Positions 20,933 to 32,200 of a stretch of 64,000 nt of DNA are shown piece by piece. Source of the stretch: an uncultured Verrucomicrobiae bacterium (lineage in GTDB: Bacteria > Verrucomicrobiota > Verrucomicrobiia > Limisphaerales > Palsa-1400); contig CAVPOM010000004.1 in the NCBI GenBank assembly GCA_963707025.1, positions 384,001 through 448,000 of the forward strand, written 5' to 3'. The notes beneath the pieces are model-generated. The model ran no database searches. It saw only the letters and a list, made by a program, of their open reading frames with translations, and was not told where the DNA came from. A program made the position numbers and the translations under genes. How positions within the stretch are numbered: position 1 is the stretch's first letter; each line of letters opens with the position of its first letter.

Positions 20933-23604
20933 TTAATCTTCATCCCGCGCCGGGGCGGCCCAGGCGGGATAGGGTTCTTTGGAGCCTTTCATGGCGCGCC
21001 ACAATATCCGGTTCAACAAATCCTCCGGGCATTGGTCGGGCAACAGCAACGGCAGGCGCGCCGAAGCGTAGGCGTCCTGGCGCAGGACGGCGTCGGAGAT
21101 TCTTCTCGGCGCGGGATTCATCTGATCCAGCGGGATGTTGCTGGGCAGGGCCACAAACGGCGTGAAATCCGGCTCGGCGGCAAAACAATCGGACATGGGA
21201 GTGGCCGTGGCATCCATCTGGTTCATGGGCGGCAGGGCAAGGATGAGTTCCATCGTGCGCAACAGGCTGGTCTGATTGTATTGCGTGCCCACCACTTGGC
21301 GGCGCTTGGTATAAGGGCTTACCACATAGGCCGTGGTGCGATAGCCGCTCACATGGTCCCAGCCCGCCTGCGGGTCGTCCTCGATGCCCAGAATGCAGGT
21401 GTCCTTCCAAAATGGGCTGTGCGAAATCGCCTCCACGATTTGTCCGAAAGCCAGGTCATTGTCCGCCACCTGCGCCGCCGGCGTCGGCGAACCGGCGCTG
21501 GTACCGCTGGTGTGGTCGTCGGGCAGGCAGATGATCACCAGGTTGGGAAACTGGCCGGTCTGCTCGAATTGTTTGAGTTCCTTGATGAATTGTGCCGCGC
21601 GGAAGACATCGGGAACCGACAGGTCCCACCCCACCGTCTCTTTGTCCAGGTAGGGCCGCAGCGATTCTATGGCAGGCTCGCTGTGAAGGTTGATGGTGTC
21701 GGTGCCTTGCACAAACTCATGGTAATGATCCAGGAAGCGCGGACGGCCCCGGCGCGCCGGGTCCTTCCAGGATTTGCGGGTGATGGCGAATTCGCCGTAA
21801 TCGCGCAGCGTCCGGCCGTGCGCCACCGCGTCATCCCAAATAAAACCGGCCGTGGAATAGGCCAGCGCGTCCACCTCGGTGTCGCCCATGCCGTCGGGAT
21901 AGCTGCGGGGAAAGCCCGCGAAGGATTTCTCCATATAATCGTTGGCCATGGCGCTGTCGGCCCATTGATGGCCGTCGGCGCTGAGGATGCCGGAGCAGTA
22001 AGTATTGTCCAACAGCACGAAATCGTGGACGAATTGGTGCTGGTTGGGAGTGATGTTCCGGCCGAAAACACAGAGACTGGGGTCGCCGTTGCCCTCCTTG
22101 ACATCGCCCAGCACCTGGTCGTAGCTCCGGTTCTCCTTGATCACATAGACCACATGGTGGAACACGCTCGGTTCGCCGACGCGTTCGGGCACCGGTCGCG
22201 CCGGCTGGCCGGGCCGCGCCGGCAAAGCCGCCAGGGCCAACATCGGATAACGCATGTCAAACAAAGCTTGGACGGTCAGCTCTTTCAATTCCTTCGCGGA
22301 GGGCCGGGGAATGACCGACAACGAGCCGTTATACTGGTGGGAATTGTATTCCGGCCCAGCTTCCCCGGGCGGGGCAGGCCGTAGCCGATGCCTTTGATGT
22401 TGGCCACGCACAGGCTTTGCCGGCGCGCGTCATAGACAATGGCTCCGGGAAACCAGCCGGCCGGGACCAACCCCTGCAACTTGGAATCCCCCGGCTGGAA
22501 GGATATTTCCGCCACCGCATTCTGCGTTCCGTTGCACACGAATAGCGTCCTGCCCGAAGGATCGAAGACCAGCGCGTTGGGGGTCGCGCCCAGCAAGTCG
22601 GCCGGACTCTGCCGCGTGCAAATGGTTTCCACCACCTGGTCCTTGCGCGTGTCAATAATACTGACACTGTCGCTCTGCGCGTTGGCCGCGGCGAGGTGGC
22701 GTCCGTTTGGGGAAAGGGCCAGCGCGCAGCAATGCGCTCCCGTGACAATTTCGCCGGTGACTTTGCCGGCCGCCAGATCAATCACGCTCACCGAACCGTC
22801 GTTGGCCGCGTAGCGGGTCGCATCCACCCGCACCCGCGTGCCGTGCCCGGCCGGTCCGGTGACGCTGTTGGCCGCGGGACGCCGTCCGCCCCAGTTGCTG
22901 ACGTAAGCCTTGTGGCCTGCAAGCACAACGTCATAGGGCGCGAAGCCGGCCTCCCAAACTCGCAGGACTTTTCCGGTGGCAGCGTCCAGTTCGGCCAGGC
23001 GGTTGCCCAGGTTCAATGCCACGTAGAGGAGTTTGCCATTCCGCGAGACCGCCAGGCCGGCGGGAATTTCCGCCTTGCGCCCCGGCGCGTTGGCCGGCGG
23101 CAGGAGAAAGGAGCACTTCCCGGTCACATGATGATTTTTGTCCACGTCAAAAACCTTGATGCTGCCATTGACGTTAGCCAGGTAGAGCCTGGAGCCGTCG
23201 GGCGCAAAGACCAATCCGGTGTAGCTGACCTCCGCCTCCTTATCCGGCTGCAATTCATGGGTGGAGCCTGGTTCGGCTTCCGCCAGCGCGGCTTCGGATG
23301 GCAGCGGCACGGTTTGCAGAATGCGGACGCTCACGGGATCAACCAGCACCACTTCGTGCGACTTGCCGGAAACGGCGAGAAGTTTGCAGTCCGGGCTGAG
23401 CGCCAGAGCCTGCGGGCGCAAGCCCGGCAAATCCAATTGTTGACCGGCAGGGGTGGTGATCTGATTGACCGGAGTTACGGTCCGCGCCGCGCCGCTGCGC
23501 CCGACCGCCTCCGTGGCGGGCGGCGGGGACACTTCATCCTGCCCCCGGCCGCCAGGCAGAAAAACAGCCAGGGCCAATACCGCGAGCGTGCATTTCGTTT
23601 TCAC
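20933..23604 (-). CDS. YVTN/YncE beta-propeller fused to alkaline-phosphatase-like phosphoesterase, one frameshift near 22365
   Basis: Propeller repeats (SVSVIDL, SVSIIDT) in 22285-23604; HVVYVIKENRSYDQVLGD, LPDDHTSG, EDDPQAGWDHV in 20933-22411. Confidence 0.82.
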
Positions 23605-23634
23605 AAGCGCGCTGCGGCCAGGCCGTCTCCTTCC

Positions 23635-23952
23635 TTAGGGTCTGTGTATTTGCTCATGTTCTTGCGATTCTCTGGCGTGGAAATAGGCCATTCGCCCGAT
23701 AGTTCGCCGCGCCAGCCTGATCAAGCTCCTGCGGAAGAACATGCGCCTCGTGGCGTGCCGGCCAGCCAGGTAATCACGGCGCACACCCTCAATGGCCGGC
23801 TTGAGTGGCGTCACATCCATGCCCTTTCCGGTCCCTTCTGCCGGCTCGTCACGCCCGGACCGGCTGTGCTCCCTTTGACGATGCTTGAGGCCTAAATAGC
23901 TCAGCAGCACCGCCACGGCAGCCAATCCGACGATGTTTTCGAAAACAGACAT
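23635..23952 (-). CDS. Small hypothetical membrane-anchored protein
   Basis: 105 aa ORF with N-terminal hydrophobic helix, in operon spacing with its neighbours. Confidence 0.5.
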   Translation of the reverse strand: MSVFENIVGLAAVAVLLSYLGLKHRQREHSRSGRDEPAEGTGKGMDVTPLKPAIEGVRRDYLAGRHATRRMFFRRSLIRLARRTIGRMAYFHARESQEHEQIHRP

Positions 23953-23961
23953 ACCGGCCCC

Positions 23962-24783
23962 TTAACCATCGCCCGGATTTCCGGGCTGGGCAATGCGGAT
24001 GTTGACTTTAAACGCGCCCGGCACCGGCTGGTTGGAGACGACCATCAGATAACCGCCGCCGCAGCCGGAATACATGGCGCCCAAATACTGCCGCTGATAG
24101 GCTTTGAGCAGCGGCATCAAATCCAGCCGGAGCAGGGGGTGCCGGACGACGTGCGGCAGGAGCCTTTCCCAGCATTTCATGTTCAAATTCAACGCCGCGC
24201 CGAGCGCTTTGGCATCCATTTTCACAATGGCCTGGTAGCAATCCCGGCCCGACTGGCCCAGGCGCGCCACCCATTTCGGATCGAGGTTCTTTATGCCCAG
24301 CGGACTGTAGCCGTCCGGCCGCGGCTCGACTGGAAGCAGATGCAAGACTTGGCTGAGCCAGCGCGCCACCTTGGGGCGGTTGCACGATTGGATGTGCGAC
24401 GGAAATATGCCTTGATGGACTTTGCAGTCATAATCCAGGCGGTTCACGCCGGGATAAACCAGGCCGATCATGTCCTGCGAACCGCTCGGCTCGGCTTTGC
24501 CCCTGTTTTCCACTTCGTAAAGCTCGCGCGCCAATACTTCCGGCGGACGGTCGGGCAGCCGGCCATGCCAGATTTTCATCGCGACCGCGCGCGTGCCGCT
24601 GGCGAAGCCGCAGCGGTCCATCGGGCGAAAATCCGGCTGGATTTGCGCCACCACCATGGAACCGGGCGGCCTGGGGTTGTGCCGCGAAACAAACGGCTGG
24701 TCAATCCACCCCCCCGCCAGTTGCAGCCGGTTTGGAATGGAACCCAGCAATTCGGCGACGGGCGAAGCGGTCCGGCGGTTCAT
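23962..24783 (-). CDS. GHMP-kinase-like protein (putative sugar kinase)
   Basis: PNRLQLAGGWID, GFASG, GSQD and SGCGGGYL resemble GHMP motifs. Confidence 0.6.
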   Translation of the reverse strand: MNRRTASPVAELLGSIPNRLQLAGGWIDQPFVSRHNPRPPGSMVVAQIQPDFRPMDRCGFASGTRAVAMKIWHGRLPDRPPEVLARELYEVENRGKAEPSGSQDMIGLVYPGVNRLDYDCKVHQGIFPSHIQSCNRPKVARWLSQVLHLLPVEPRPDGYSPLGIKNLDPKWVARLGQSGRDCYQAIVKMDAKALGAALNLNMKCWERLLPHVVRHPLLRLDLMPLLKAYQRQYLGAMYSGCGGGYLMVVSNQPVPGAFKVNIRIAQPGNPGDG

Positions 24784-25834
24784 TCAGCCAATCCCCACGC
24801 GTTGGCCGGCCTTGCGCTTGTTGTATTGTCCCTGGATCCAGGCGTACGTTGCCGCCAGACCTTTGTCCAGTTTGGTCTTCGGCTCCCACTTGAGAACTTT
24901 CTTGATGAACGTGTTGTCGGAATTGCGGCCCGCCACGCCCAGCGGCGCGCTGAGGTCGTGCTGGCGGTTCAACTTCACACCCGCGATCTTTTCGATCTTG
25001 CTCAGCAGTTCGTTGATGGAAACCAGTTCGCTGCTGCCAAGGTTGATGGGCGTGGCGATCAATTCATCGCAGTGCATGATCTTGTCAATGCCCTCCACGC
25101 AGTCCTCGATATACATGAAGCTCCGGGTCCGCTCGCCGTCGCCCCAGATGGTGATGTCCTTCTCCCTGCGGTCAATCGCCTCGATCACCTTGCGGCACAG
25201 CGCCGCGGGTGCCTTTTCCCGGCCCCCGTCCCAGGTGCCGTGGGGTCCATAGACGTTGTGGAAACGGGCCATCGCCGTCTTCAGCCCGCGCTCGTGCCAG
25301 TATTCCTCGCAGACCATTTCGGAAAACAATTTTTCCCAACCGTAGCCGCGCTCGGCCATCGCCGGATAAGCGTCCGATTCTTTCAACGCCCGCACCTTGG
25401 GGTCCTTTTGCAGAAGGGTGTTGTAGGCGCAAGCCGAGCTGGAGAAAAAGTAACGGCGCGCCCCCGCCTGGTAAGCGGCCTCCACCATGTGCGTATTGAT
25501 GAGCACGCTGCGCAGGCATTCCACGCGGAAACGTTCGATGAAACCCATGCCCCCCATGTCGGCGGCCAGGTTGTACACTTCCACCGCCCCTTCGCAAACC
25601 CGGCGGCAGTGCTCCGCATGGCTCACGTCCAGGCGAGAGGTTTTGCACGCCGGGAACGTGCAAATACCATTCGTAAAGCGGTTTCTTGTCCACCGCCCGG
25701 ATGTTGGTGAAGCCGCGGTTTTTGAAGTAGAGCGCGAGGTTGCCGGCAATGAAGCCGCCCGCCCCGGTGATGACGATCAAATCGTCCTTGTGCAGCGGGG
25801 CGTCCTTCTCCACAAGTCGTTTTGTTTGTTCCAT
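24784..25834 (-). CDS. NAD-dependent epimerase, GDP-mannose 3,5-epimerase-like, +1 frameshift near 25634
   Basis: GAGGFIA, NLAADMGGMGFI, SSSACAY, YGWEKL, GTWDGGREKAPAALCRK, GRNSDNT. Confidence 0.85.
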
Positions 25835-25971
25835 AAATCTGTTTCCTGTTGCCGACGGATTTGACTATGACCAATCCCGGCGGAGCAATCAACCTCAACG
25901 TGAACAAAACCGATTCGGATGCGCCCGCAAGCGCCTTGGCCGGACCCGCCCGCGGCGCGCCGGCAGGCCGG

Positions 25972-26865
25972 TCAGTTGTCCGGCATAAACCGCTGGAGTA
26001 TCTGGTGGCGCGGCACGGCTTGATGGTTGAGCGCTTGCTGCCGCGCCGCCACACCCTGGCCGTAAGTCGGCGGCGGGTTGGGGTTGCGATAGAGGATGCC
26101 CGTGTAAAACTTGCTCCCGCATTCGCGCGCCCGCGCGTTGGCCAAGGCCCGATCCACCGGATCGTGGCCGATGGATTCCAGGCTCTGCAGCCTGGCCTTT
26201 TGCGCTTTGAGCTGCTGTTCTTCCTCCCCGTAGGTCACGCAAGGCGAGTCCACGTGGATGAAGGCGAATCCCGGAAAGCGGATGCCCTCTTCAATCATCC
26301 GGGCCAGTCCCGCCATGTCCGCCGGCGAGCCTTGCGCCACGAACGACGCGCCGTAGCCCAGGACGTAGAGCAGCGGGTTGACCGGCTCCTCCAGGCTCCC
26401 GAAGCTGGAGGTGACCGTCTTGCGTCCGCGCTGCGAGGTGGGCGACAACTGCCCCTTGGTCAGGCCGTAAATCTGGTTGTCCATCACGATATAGGTCAGG
26501 TCTATGTTGCGCCGGATGACATGCGCCACATGCCCTCCGCCAATGGAAAAACCGTCGCCGTCGCCGCTGGCCACCAGGACGAGCAGCTCCGGGTTGGCCA
26601 GTTTGATGCCTTGCGCGATGGGCAGCGCGCGCCCATGCACGGTATTGAACCCGTAGGCCTTGGTGTAACCGGGAATGCGGCTCGAACAACCAATGCCCGA
26701 AATGAAGGCGATCTCGTGCGGCGGCCGCCCGATCGCCGCCAGCGCCCGCGTGATGGCCGTCACCACGCCAAAATCCCCGCAGCCCGGACACCAGATCGGT
26801 TTGAGGTCGCTCTTGAAATCGCCGGCTTGGAATTTGGCCACCGCAATGGGTTCGAGCGTTGTCAT
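25972..26865 (-). CDS. korB: 2-oxoacid:ferredoxin oxidoreductase beta subunit
   Basis: WCPGCGDF, SGIGCSSR, GDGDGFSIG, DNQIYGLTKGQ, SPCVTY. Confidence 0.9.
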   Translation of the reverse strand: MTTLEPIAVAKFQAGDFKSDLKPIWCPGCGDFGVVTAITRALAAIGRPPHEIAFISGIGCSSRIPGYTKAYGFNTVHGRALPIAQGIKLANPELLVLVASGDGDGFSIGGGHVAHVIRRNIDLTYIVMDNQIYGLTKGQLSPTSQRGRKTVTSSFGSLEEPVNPLLYVLGYGASFVAQGSPADMAGLARMIEEGIRFPGFAFIHVDSPCVTYGEEEQQLKAQKARLQSLESIGHDPVDRALANARARECGSKFYTGILYRNPNPPPTYGQGVAARQQALNHQAVPRHQILQRFMPDN

Positions 26866-26900
26866 GTTTGTTTCATCTCCTAAATCGTTTGTTTCCCGCG

Positions 26901-28697
26901 TCAGTCTGCGAACGCCTCGGGCTGATGCGGGTTGCGGTTGCCTTGGAGCGCGACCACCATTTTGCGCAGCCGTTCCAGCACTTCCCCCGGCTGTATCGGA
27001 TTGGACCCGCTCTTGGCCAGCGGTTTGACCAGGGCCGGCAGATCCACGTACATCCGGACCAGCCGGTAAAGTTGCCCTTGGAAGGATTGCTCGATGAACA
27101 GCCCCCGCTTGACCGACGCGAAGAAGTCCTGGTAAACCTGTTCGGCTACCGGATAGAGCAGTTTGGGCACGAGCAATTTTGCGTGCAACCCTTCCGCCTG
27201 TGCCAGCCGGAGCGCTTCCCGAGCCACCCCGGCCACGCTTCCCCAACTGACCAGCCCGATCGGCGCCTCCGGGTCGCCTTCCACCACGAACAAATTGCGG
27301 CGGTTCTTGAGCGGGTTAAACTTGCGAAATCGCTTTTCGTTCATGCGCGCGTGCATCTCCCCGCTGGCCGTGGGCCGGCCCAGTTCATTGTGCTCGATCC
27401 CCGAAGCCAGATAGTTGCCCCCGGCCATCCCCGGATGGCTGATCGGGCTGATGCCGGACTCCGTCAGCTTGAACCGCGTGTAGTTGGCCAGTTCGGTCTC
27501 CGTTGGCCGCCGCCGCTCCACCAGCCGGAACACCGAAGTGTCTATCTGGTCCACGATCTCCTTGCGCTGCGAAATCTCCTGGTCCGACAAAATGATCACC
27601 GGCGTCTGGTAATGCTCCGCCAGGTTGAAGGCTTCCACTGTGATGCCGAACATGTCCCCAACGCTGGTCGGCGCCAGCACGGGCCGCAGGCAATCGCCGT
27701 GCGCCGAAAAGGCCGCCTGCAACAAATCCGACTGCTCCGCCTTGGTCGGCATGCCGGTGGAGGGGCCGCCCCGCTGCACGTTGACGCACACCAGCGGCAG
27801 CTCCGCGATGCTGGCCAGCCCCAGCATCTCCGTCTTCAGCGACATGCCGGGGCCGGAGGTGGCGGTCATCGCTTTCTTGCCGGCGAACGACGCCCCCACC
27901 ACCGCGCCGATCCCCGCAATTTCATCCTCCGCCTGTAGCACCGTCCCGCCATACTTCCAAATCTCCCGGTCCAGAAACTGCATGATCTCGGTCGAGGGCG
28001 TGATAGGGTAGCCCGCGAAAAAGGTGCATCCGGCAAAAATCGCCGCCGCCGCGCACATATCGTTGCCGTCGGTCAGCTGCTTGGCTCCCCTTCCGCTTGG
28101 CGGCGCCGTCAGCTTGCGGTCCCCTTCCAGCGGATGCGCCTCGGCAAACTCCAATCCCGCCTGAAACGCCCGCGCGTTGCCCTCCACCACCGCCGCCCCT
28201 TTCTTGGCAAATTTCTTGCGAATCCCCGCCAGCATGCTCTCGCGCCCGATGCCAAACCACCCCGCCAGCAAGCCGACCACCACGACATTCTTCGCCTTGT
28301 CCGTGCCGGCGTGTTTCTCCGCCATCTCCGTGATCGGCACGCTGAACACTACCCCCGGTGTCACCCCTTCCAAGGGCAGCTTGTCGGGGGCGACCCCGGT
28401 CTTGCTTTCATAGATCACCATCGTGGCCGATTCCACCGGCAGTTCCCAGCCAAACCGCCGGAAATCCTCCCAGTTCAGCGCCACCGCCACGTCCAGCGGC
28501 CCGTTCGGATTGAGCACCGGCCGGGTCGCCAGCCGCAGCCGGCACGAGGCCTCGCCCCCGCGGATTTGCGAGCCGAAACTCTTGGTCATCATGCCGTAAT
28601 AGCCCTCCAGCGCCGCCGCCGTGATTAAGGATTCACCCGCTGAAATCACGCCGTCCCCGCCGGCGCCGGCAATGCCGATTATCAAATCTTGACTCAT
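26901..28697 (-). CDS. korA: 2-oxoacid:ferredoxin oxidoreductase alpha subunit (gamma-alpha fusion)
   Basis: IRGG, AGYPITPST, QAEDE, TSGPG, QRGGPSTGMPTK. Confidence 0.92.
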   Translation of the reverse strand: MSQDLIIGIAGAGGDGVISAGESLITAAALEGYYGMMTKSFGSQIRGGEASCRLRLATRPVLNPNGPLDVAVALNWEDFRRFGWELPVESATMVIYESKTGVAPDKLPLEGVTPGVVFSVPITEMAEKHAGTDKAKNVVVVGLLAGWFGIGRESMLAGIRKKFAKKGAAVVEGNARAFQAGLEFAEAHPLEGDRKLTAPPSGRGAKQLTDGNDMCAAAAIFAGCTFFAGYPITPSTEIMQFLDREIWKYGGTVLQAEDEIAGIGAVVGASFAGKKAMTATSGPGMSLKTEMLGLASIAELPLVCVNVQRGGPSTGMPTKAEQSDLLQAAFSAHGDCLRPVLAPTSVGDMFGITVEAFNLAEHYQTPVIILSDQEISQRKEIVDQIDTSVFRLVERRRPTETELANYTRFKLTESGISPISHPGMAGGNYLASGIEHNELGRPTASGEMHARMNEKRFRKFNPLKNRRNLFVVEGDPEAPIGLVSWGSVAGVAREALRLAQAEGLHAKLLVPKLLYPVAEQVYQDFFASVKRGLFIEQSFQGQLYRLVRMYVDLPALVKPLAKSGSNPIQPGEVLERLRKMVVALQGNRNPHQPEAFAD

Positions 28698-28811
28698 TTA
28701 TTACCCATCCTCCTGCATTCCAGCTTCCACGCTCACCGTCCATTGGCAAAACCTTACCATTTTTGGCCATCCGCCGCACCGTCTGCCGGAGGGCACTGGC
28801 ACCGGCGGGTT

Positions 28812-28839
28812 TGGTGCGCGAGAGAGGATTCGAACCTCC
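28812..28839 (-). other. tRNA 3'-end fragment (putative att site), possibly tRNA-Leu
   Basis: GGAGG-TTCGAAT-CCTCT T-arm, acceptor strand CTCGCGC, discriminator A and CCA; no 5' half upstream. Confidence 0.75.
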
Positions 28840-28859
28840 TATAGGGCCACTTTCTGATG

Positions 28860-29113
28860 TTGCGCCATTGCTCATAGACCGTTTGCCAGGGAGGGAGGTC
28901 CCCTGGCAGAAGCCGCCAGGCGCAACCCGGGCGCACCGCATAAACAATCGCATTGACAAGGACCCGGCGATGCAGAGCGGGCCGTCCCCGCTTGGTTTTT
29001 GCAGAATTTGGAATCGGGACCGGCGATTGGGTTTTGCTCCATTCTTCCTCGGTAGAATTGGTTGGATAACTTTTTGGATGCGTCGGCATCCATTCTATCT
29101 CTGACACAGGTCC
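28860..29113 (-). mobile_element. IS5-family transposase N-terminal remnant
   Basis: YPTNSTEEEW...RVLVNAIVYAVRPGCAWRLLPGDLPPWQTVY (DUF4096-like) from ATG 29089; truncated next to the tRNA fragment. Confidence 0.8.
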
Positions 29114-29247
29114 AGTGCTGGACAACATGAGCAATTTACTCAGGATTGACGAACCGGCATTTTTAGAACACTCTCCAAGAGCCACGAGCAGGATGAATAT
29201 GTGCCCGCCAGCACTTCTGGAAACCCAAAAAGCGACTAATGAATTCT

Positions 29248-32200
29248 ATGAGCCGAGCAAAAAACAATCTGCTGAAAACAATCCTAATCGCCGCCTTTTT
29301 AATGATTGCCGGCTCGTGGCCGCTGGCAGGATCAGTCGTGCCGGTGAATTTGCAATGTGAGTATCATTCCAATCCGCTGGGCATTGATGAGGCGCAGCCG
29401 CGCTTAACCTGGCAGGTGCAATCGAACGAACGCAATCAAGAGCAGACCGCCTATCAAATTCTGGTCGCGGGCAGCAAGGAACTTCTCCAGAACAATCATG
29501 GGGATTTGTGGGATAGCGGCAGGATTTCCAGCGATGAAACCCTCAACATTGCTTATGGGGGAAAACCACTGGCGTCAGGTGGCCGCTGTTTCTGGAAGGT
29601 CAGGATTTGGGATAAAAATGGCCGGGCCTCGGCCTGGAGCGTGCCCGCCCTGTGGAGCACGGGACTGCTCGAAGGAAAGGACTGGCAAGGAAAATGGATT
29701 GGATTGGATCAAGGCGAGACCACCAATCCACTCGACGGCGCGAAATGGATTTGGTTTCCCGAGGGAGATCCGGCGGTCAGCGCGCCGGTGAGCACGCGTT
29801 ATTTCCGCCGCGTCTTTGAATTGCCGGCAAATCAAGCCGTTCGCTCGGCGACCATCACTATGACGGCGGACAACGAGTTTCAATTTTTTGTGAACGGCCG
29901 GGAAGCGGGCAAGAGCGACAATTGGAAGGCGCCGGGAAAGATTGCCATAGATGCTTTATTGAGGCCTGGGAAAAATCTTCTTGCGGTGGCGGCGCGCAAT
30001 GTTGGGGATGGGCCGAATCCTGCCGGATTGATCGGCCGACTGAATGTTATTTTTGAACAAGGCCATGCCTTGACGCTGGACACGGACGGAAGTTGGAAGT
30101 CGGCCACGAATGCTGACAACGGATGGAATGCCTTGACTTTTGACGACACCGCCTGGGCGGGGGCCAAGCCGCTCGGAGAATATGGAATGCAGCCTTGGGG
30201 AATTATTGGAAACGAAGACCGGCGGCTGCCAGCCCGTTATTTGCGGCGTGAATTTATCGTGGAGAAAAAAGTGCGGCGCGCCACGGCTTATGTCTGCGGA
30301 CTGGGGCTTTTCGAGTTATACCTGAATGGCCAGAAAATGAGCGAGGACGTGCTCTCGCCCGCTCTCTCCGAGTATGAGAAGCGCGCGTTTTACCTGACCT
30401 TCGACGCGACCGGCCAACTCAAGCAGGGCGCTAATGCCATTGGGGTCATTCTTGGCAACGGGCGTTTTTTTGCGCCGCGTTCCAGCGTGCCGATTGGGAC
30501 GCTGTCCTTCGGTTTTCCGAAGCTGCTCTTGCAATTCAACATCGAATACACCGATGGCACAACGGCGCAAATTGTCAGCGACGAGAATTGGAAACTGACC
30601 GCCGGCGGCCCCATTCGCGCCAATAACGAGTATGACGGCGAGGAATATGATGCGCGGATGGAAATGCCCGGCTGGTGCCAGCCAAAATTTGATGATTCCA
30701 ACTGGCAGCCGGCGCAGTTGGTGAAGCCGGCCTCGCCGCTGTTATCGGCGCAAATTGGCGAACCGATCCGCGTCATGGATACGCTGCATCCGGTGGCGAT
30801 CACCAACCCCAAGCCCGGCGTCTATATTTTTGACCTGGGACAAAACATGGCGGGCTGGTGCCGGTTGAAAGTCAGCGGGCCTCGGGACACCGTCGTCAAA
30901 CTTCGCCATGGTGAAACACTTCAGCCCGACGGCACGCTATACACCGATAATCTCCGCAGCGCGAAACAGGAGGACCTTTATACCTTGAAGGGAAAGGGCG
31001 TCGAAACTTATGAACCGCGCTTCACCCATCACGGTTTTCGTTATGTGGAGGTCACGGGGTTTCCCGGCCAGCCGACCTTGAATGCCGTCGCCGGCCGATT
31101 GGTTTATGACGCCGTGCCCGCCGCGGGGCAATTTTCCTGTTCCAATCCCTTGCTCAATCAGATTTACCATAACATTTATTGGGGCACACGCGACAATTAC
31201 CGCAGCATGCCCACGGATCTTCCCCGCGACGAACGTCAAGGTTGGATGGGAGACCGGCAGGAAGTGTCAAAAGGGGAAACTTATCTGTTTCAAGTTGCGC
31301 CGTTGTATGCCCAGTGGTTAACCGATATGCAGGATGATCAACATGGCAATGGCAGTGTTCCTGACGTGTCTCCGGCCTACTGGCCTCTCTATCAGGACGG
31401 TGTCGTCTGGGCCAGCACTTACATCATCATCCCCCACATGCTTTACGATCAATATGATGATCTTGGGATTCTGCAGCAGCACTATGATTCGATGAAGAAA
31501 TGGACGGATTACATGACGGCATTCCTGAAGAATGACATCATGCCGAGAAACACCTATGCCGACTGGTGTGTTCCGCCCAAATCCCTGACGGAAATCAATT
31601 CCAGCGATCCAACGCTGACCACCAGCGGGATTTTAATCAGCACGGCAGTTTTTTATCATGATTTGCGCCTGATGGCGCAGTCGGCACGGCTGCTGGGCAA
31701 AACGGAGGACGCCGAACATTTCGAAACGCTGGCAGGCCGGATAAAAATTGCCTTCCACCACCGCTTCTATGATGCCGAGCTGGGCTATTACGGCAACGGC
31801 ACGCAGACATCCTGCGTGCTGCCTTTGGCATTTGGCTTGGTGCCGGATGAATGCAAATCCAACGTTTTCTCCCAACTGGTCGAGAAAATCACAGTCGAGA
31901 GCGGCCATCATCTTGCCACCGGATTGGTGGGCGGACATTATTTGATGCGCGTATTGTCCGACCAGGGGCGGCCCGACCTCGCCTTCACGATTGCCACGCA
32001 GACAACCTATCCCAGTTGGGGCTACATGATTGCAAAAGGAGCCACCACCATGTGGGAGCTCTGGAATGGCGATACCGCAGGATCCGGGATGAATTCCCGC
32101 AACATCGTCATGCTCACGGGCGATCTCAACATCTGGCTGCACGAATATTTGGGCGGCATCCGTCCCGATCCTGAAGCTCCGGGTTTCAAAAAGATCATTA

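Noticed and set aside
28780..28890. Complete tRNA gene
   Set aside because: Only the T-arm and 3' acceptor strand are present; there is no matching 5' GCGCGAG, D-arm or anticodon arm.
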